From assembly GCA_021161835.1 (NCBI GenBank), contig JAGGZV010000037.1, forward strand, positions 21,806 through 85,805: a stretch of DNA of 64,000 nucleotides. The letters are read 5' to 3'. Below the pieces are notes generated by a model. It was not told the origin of the DNA and did not search any database. It saw nothing but the letters and a program-made list of their open reading frames with translations. This DNA is from Thermotogota bacterium. GTDB taxonomy: Bacteria > Thermotogota > Thermotogae > UBA12178. The position numbers were made by a program, and so were the translations under genes. Below, in pieces: positions 63,891 through 64,000 of the stretch. Position 1 is the stretch's first letter. Each line of letters starts with the position of its first letter.

Positions 63891-64000
63891 ACCGTCAGCA
63901 AGAAGGTCATTCCAGACTCTCGCCACGAAAAACACAAAGAACGTAAGAATCAGGGCGATGATTCCAAAAATAAAATAAGTCGATGAAACTCCCAATCTCT
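63879..64000 (-). CDS. C-terminal fragment of a membrane protein running in from the right edge
   Basis: Minus-strand frame gives ...TYFIFGIIALILTFFVFFVARVWNDLLADGSGR*, a hydrophobic helix. The ORF is open to the window end. Frame choice is uncertain. Confidence 0.25.
   Translation of the reverse strand, partial: RLGVSSTYFIFGIIALILTFFVFFVARVWNDLLADGSGR

Overview
This 64 kb window reads as core chromosome of a Thermotoga-like bacterium (Thermotogae). Several proteins (FtsZ, CheX, V-PPase, short DnaE) closely resemble Thermotoga maritima proteins as I recall them. The window is tightly packed with about 65 protein genes, many with 4-nt stop/start overlaps, plus one tRNA-Pro(GGG). I found no CRISPR array, transposase, integrase or other obvious mobile element. 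Recognisable blocks, in order: the 3' end of an Rnf-type ion-translocating ferredoxin:NAD oxidoreductase cluster (rnfC-D-G-E) preceded by a radical-SAM gene and two unknown membrane proteins; glgC/glgD (ADP-glucose pyrophosphorylase); a K+-dependent membrane pyrophosphatase; a recJ-ruvX-uvrA repair operon in which RecJ and RuvX both carry unusual C-terminal extensions; cheX; a PiT phosphate transporter; tsaB; flgB-flgC-fliE; cdd; a long mixed operon HD-GYP / PHP / standalone GHKL-ATPase / BamA / GGDEF / panC / recN / HEAT-repeat; an envelope cluster (OMP-like, vWA lipoprotein, SPOR protein); three tandem M42 (TET-type) aminopeptidases followed by an orphan minC; tRNA-Pro; obg; a short dnaE; metF; glnA; and a 13-gene co-directional string gyrB-upstream to ftsA-ftsZ that ends with a PilB/MshE-like secretion ATPase and an unknown bitopic protein. 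The window is unusually rich in c-di-GMP parts: one GGDEF gene, two HD-GYP genes and an ATPase N-domain with tandem MshEN-like motifs. The observations I would follow up are: the MshE-like ATPase plus 414-aa protein welded onto ftsAZ; the translationally coupled PHP + GHKL-ATPase pair; the extended RecJ and RuvX; the radical-SAM module between glg and rnf; and a catalytically dead ABC-ATPase-like protein.
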